A stretch of 60,342 nt of DNA, taken from contig JBJXGL010000207.1 in assembly GCA_046160365.1 (NCBI GenBank), positions 1 to 60,342 on the forward strand, in the 5' to 3' direction. This DNA comes from Aestuariivirga sp. (GTDB lineage: Bacteria > Pseudomonadota > Alphaproteobacteria > Rhizobiales > Aestuariivirgaceae). Shown one piece after another: positions 57,668 through 60,342 of this stretch (position 1 is the stretch's first letter; each line of letters starts with the position of its first letter). The notes under the pieces are model-generated. The model searched no databases. It had not been told where the DNA came from and was given only the letters and a program-made list of their open reading frames with translations. Both the position numbers and the translations under genes were made by a program.

Positions 57668-58210
57668 TCAATATGGCTTGGCTTCCGCCAGCGGCAAACC
57701 GCCGGCCTCCCATCCGTCGGCCCCTGCCGGATACCACAGGACATTTGCATAGCCCCACGAAAGCGCGCGCTTTGCGGCGTTCCACGACATCCAGCAATCC
57801 GTCATGCAATAGAACACAATCTTGCGCGACAGGTCCCCGCCGGTTTTGGCCTCGAGGCCGCCGCGAAAATAGGTTTCCATTTCCGTGGTCAGGGCGCCGT
57901 AGCCCACATTCGCAAGCCAGACGCTGCCGGGAATGTTGTGCCGCGGCTTGTCGCGCCAGATTGTTCCCTCCGGCAAGTCCTTGGGTCTGGGAAGGCGCGG
58001 CATCACATCCAGGAACAAGGCTTCCTTCTGCTTCCACAAGTGCTCCGCCTCGTCCGTCAAGATAACGCCGGCTCCTTGCAAGCTCGAAGGAACGGCTGCG
58101 CGGTAATTGTCCATGCGGTAGCCAGCGGGCTCGGGAACATTGCCCGCATGCGCCGTGGCGGGCACAATGAACAACGCGATCCCAATACATGCGGTCCACA
58201 ATAGCTTCAT
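57668..58210 (-). CDS. PQQ-dependent catabolism-associated CXXCW motif protein (rhodanese-like)
   Basis: Signal peptide, YRMDNYRA, IPGSVWL, FYCMTDCWMSWNAAKRA. Confidence 0.9.
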   Translation of the reverse strand: MKLLWTACIGIALFIVPATAHAGNVPEPAGYRMDNYRAAVPSSLQGAGVILTDEAEHLWKQKEALFLDVMPRLPRPKDLPEGTIWRDKPRHNIPGSVWLANVGYGALTTEMETYFRGGLEAKTGGDLSRKIVFYCMTDCWMSWNAAKRALSWGYANVLWYPAGADGWEAGGLPLAEAKPY

Positions 58211-58223
58211 GGCGAGAATGCGA

Positions 58224-59069
58224 TCAGAGCCCTGTTGCTTCGAGTGGGAACTCGTTGCGGAACACCGTGCCTTTGGTGTCGGTGGCTTCGATTTCGATAT
58301 CTCCCGCGGGCTGCAGCAGCGTGTCGAACCGGAAGTTCGGATCTTCCGAAATCGAAATTCCGCCCTCCATGCTGAGGATCGGCCTGCCGCCTTGCGTGAT
58401 GTTGACCTTGTTGATGAAGTGCGGCGGGATGTAGTATCGCGTGATCTGGTCCATCTGGAAGCCGGAATGGTTGGGATGCCGGACCATCAATTGCAGTTCA
58501 CGTCTTGGCTGCTTGGCCGCGCCTTGCTGCGGCGGAAATTGCTTCAGCTTCATGATCCCCATTGTGGCTTTGGCCTCTTTGGGATCGCGCACGGCGGGCG
58601 CGGAGCAGCCGCCTGTCGCTTTCACGTAGGTCTCGGACATCAGCAACTCGCCCGACTCGGTTTCGGCGATTGCGCGCACAAAAGAATAGTCGTTGATCCG
58701 CAGCCGCGTGGAAATCCTGCTCACGCCTGACTCTTCCCCGATTTTGAACACGGCGGCGAGTGGCGAAGGATTGGCATCGACAATCAGCGTCACCGCAACC
58801 ACCTTGCTCTTGCCAGCGCTCGCGGGAATGGCGATGTCGACAGGCACGATCCCCGCGTCTTGCGCGCGCTTCGGCGCGATCACCTGCAATGTGGCGGGAT
58901 CCGCCATGGCGATTGGTTTGTCGCCAAAGACATCCGGCTTCAGGCTCTTCCAGATGGCTTGCGACTCCTCTTGTGTCGTTTGCGCCGAGGCTTGCACGGC
59001 GACACTCAGCGAAATCATGGCAGCGGCCGCAACAATCGCAGCGGTTTTGAGAGCTTTGTGCTTGAGCAT
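58224..59069 (-). CDS. Quinoprotein dehydrogenase-associated fused SoxYZ-like carrier
   Basis: APKRAQD..VPV, DANPSP, VKATGGCSAP, HPNHSGFQMD, ISEDPNFRF. Confidence 0.9.
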   Translation of the reverse strand: MLKHKALKTAAIVAAAAMISLSVAVQASAQTTQEESQAIWKSLKPDVFGDKPIAMADPATLQVIAPKRAQDAGIVPVDIAIPASAGKSKVVAVTLIVDANPSPLAAVFKIGEESGVSRISTRLRINDYSFVRAIAETESGELLMSETYVKATGGCSAPAVRDPKEAKATMGIMKLKQFPPQQGAAKQPRRELQLMVRHPNHSGFQMDQITRYYIPPHFINKVNITQGGRPILSMEGGISISEDPNFRFDTLLQPAGDIEIEATDTKGTVFRNEFPLEATGL

Positions 59070-59152
59070 GGCAACCTCCTCGAGAGTCGCAGCAAGACTA
59101 CTCCTTCGCGATAGCGCAAGGCAAATGACGGGACGGTGAACAAGCTCCGCCG

Positions 59153-60088
59153 CTATTCCCATTCAAGCTCCGCAAAAGCGGTAGTCGCATTGCGGCCGTG
59201 GTACTCGCCGAAGAGCGCCCACTTTTCCCGCTCGCTTTGTCCAACTGTCTCCACGGCTTCGCTTAAGGGCCGGCCCTCTGCGATCGCCTTGCGGAGGTCA
59301 TCCGCCAAGACCGTCAGATATCTGGTCTGGCCGTCCAATGCCTGTGGCCAGCCGGAAACCGGCCCATGGCCCGGAATGACCCGCACGGCCTTGATCGCTG
59401 CAAGTTCTTCCGTCTGTTTGAGCCAGCCGACTAGCGATCCATCCAGCGTCGGCACATGGTCCACGAAAACCAGATCACCCGCGCACAGTGTTTTCGTCTG
59501 GAGATCGAGAACCGTGAGATCGTTATCCGTATGCGCCGGTTGCCAGGCCTTGAGCTCTAGCTTCCTTCCACCCAAATCGAGTTCGATCCCATCCTCGATC
59601 AGCTGAGTCGGAACAACGATCTCGACACCGCGCATCGCATCTTCGCCCATCTGCTGGCGGAATCGCGTAAGGTACTGTTCGGCGCGGCCAGCGAGCGCCA
59701 GCGGCAATTTGCGATGCCCGATGAGCGTCGCACCAATATCGCGGAAGACGGCGTTGCCGAAGACGTGATCGGGATGCATGTGCGTGTTTATCAAGTACCG
59801 CACAGGCCGGTCCGTGACTGCCTTAATCGCATCGAGCAAGAGTTTTGCCTCGCCCACGCTGCCGCCGCTATCCACAACGGCAACGGAGTCGCCGCCCACA
59901 ATCACCGCGATGTTGCAGATCGCACCCGCGTTTGAAGCGGACATCAATTCGTGGACACCGGAAAATCCGTAGACGCCCTCGGCAACGCCTTTGAGCATCA
60001 CCGGTGGAGCTGCAGCCGCGTTCATGCAGCTGGCTGCCGCCAGCCCACCCGCCAAAATCTTAATGGATGTACGGCGGCTCAAGCTCAC
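59153..60088 (-). CDS. Quinoprotein relay system zinc metallohydrolase (MBL fold, SoxH-like), Tat-exported
   Basis: SRR Tat-like signal, NTHMHPDHVFGN, AHTDND, GDL, IPGHG; adjacent to the SoxYZ-like gene. Confidence 0.88.
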   Translation of the reverse strand: MSLSRRTSIKILAGGLAAASCMNAAAAPPVMLKGVAEGVYGFSGVHELMSASNAGAICNIAVIVGGDSVAVVDSGGSVGEAKLLLDAIKAVTDRPVRYLINTHMHPDHVFGNAVFRDIGATLIGHRKLPLALAGRAEQYLTRFRQQMGEDAMRGVEIVVPTQLIEDGIELDLGGRKLELKAWQPAHTDNDLTVLDLQTKTLCAGDLVFVDHVPTLDGSLVGWLKQTEELAAIKAVRVIPGHGPVSGWPQALDGQTRYLTVLADDLRKAIAEGRPLSEAVETVGQSEREKWALFGEYHGRNATTAFAELEWE

Positions 60089-60328
60089 TGCTTCTCTCCG
60101 GCATCAATTGAGAACTTCCGTATCGTATTGAGTTTGCATGTTGCGTTTGTCCGCGAAGCGGGCAGTTTGAGCTGTGCCGGCGGCCCCCCGATTTATGGGT
60201 GGGTCTTTTCGACCGACGGGATCTTGGGACCGCCGGCACTTGGCCATCCGCACGAACGAGAGTCTGGGCTCACGCGCCCGTATGCAATCCCGCGCCGAGG
60301 CCGCATCGCAACTCTGACGGAGGCCATC

Positions 60329-60342
60329 ATGACTGACAAGCG
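60329..60342 (+). CDS. Start of a gene running off the right edge (MTDK...)
   Basis: ATG preceded by GGAGG RBS. Confidence 0.5.

Overview
GC-rich alphaproteobacterial (probably Hyphomicrobiales/Rhizobiales-like) chromosomal window. Bases 1-7586 are core-type DNA: a THUMP RNA methyltransferase, a cytochrome P450, a DUF4126 protein, an RTX lipase-like protein, OsmC, an MFS transporter and an initiator tRNA-Met. A ~50 kb island is integrated at the tRNA, bounded by a 45-bp att duplication (7542-7586 / 57507-57551). Its mobility backbone is reduced to fragments (integrase pseudogene, DUF736 fragment, XRE regulator) and it carries five IS elements or remnants. The cargo is a ~45 kb Wzx/Wzy-type polysaccharide locus with two sulfotransferases, three lyase-like genes, an unusual amino-sugar module and a GtrA/GtrB/GT-C module next to an atypical CDP-sugar pathway. 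A PQQ-quinoprotein-associated operon follows the island. The most striking unexplained feature is at ~135-530: a TTGACA promoter with a perfect alphaproteobacterial LexA box (GTTC-N7-GTTC) in front of a ~360-nt, multi-domain, heavily base-paired region with no convincing CDS, a candidate SOS-induced large ncRNA. All calls come from reading sequence and motifs by eye; no database search or folding program was run.
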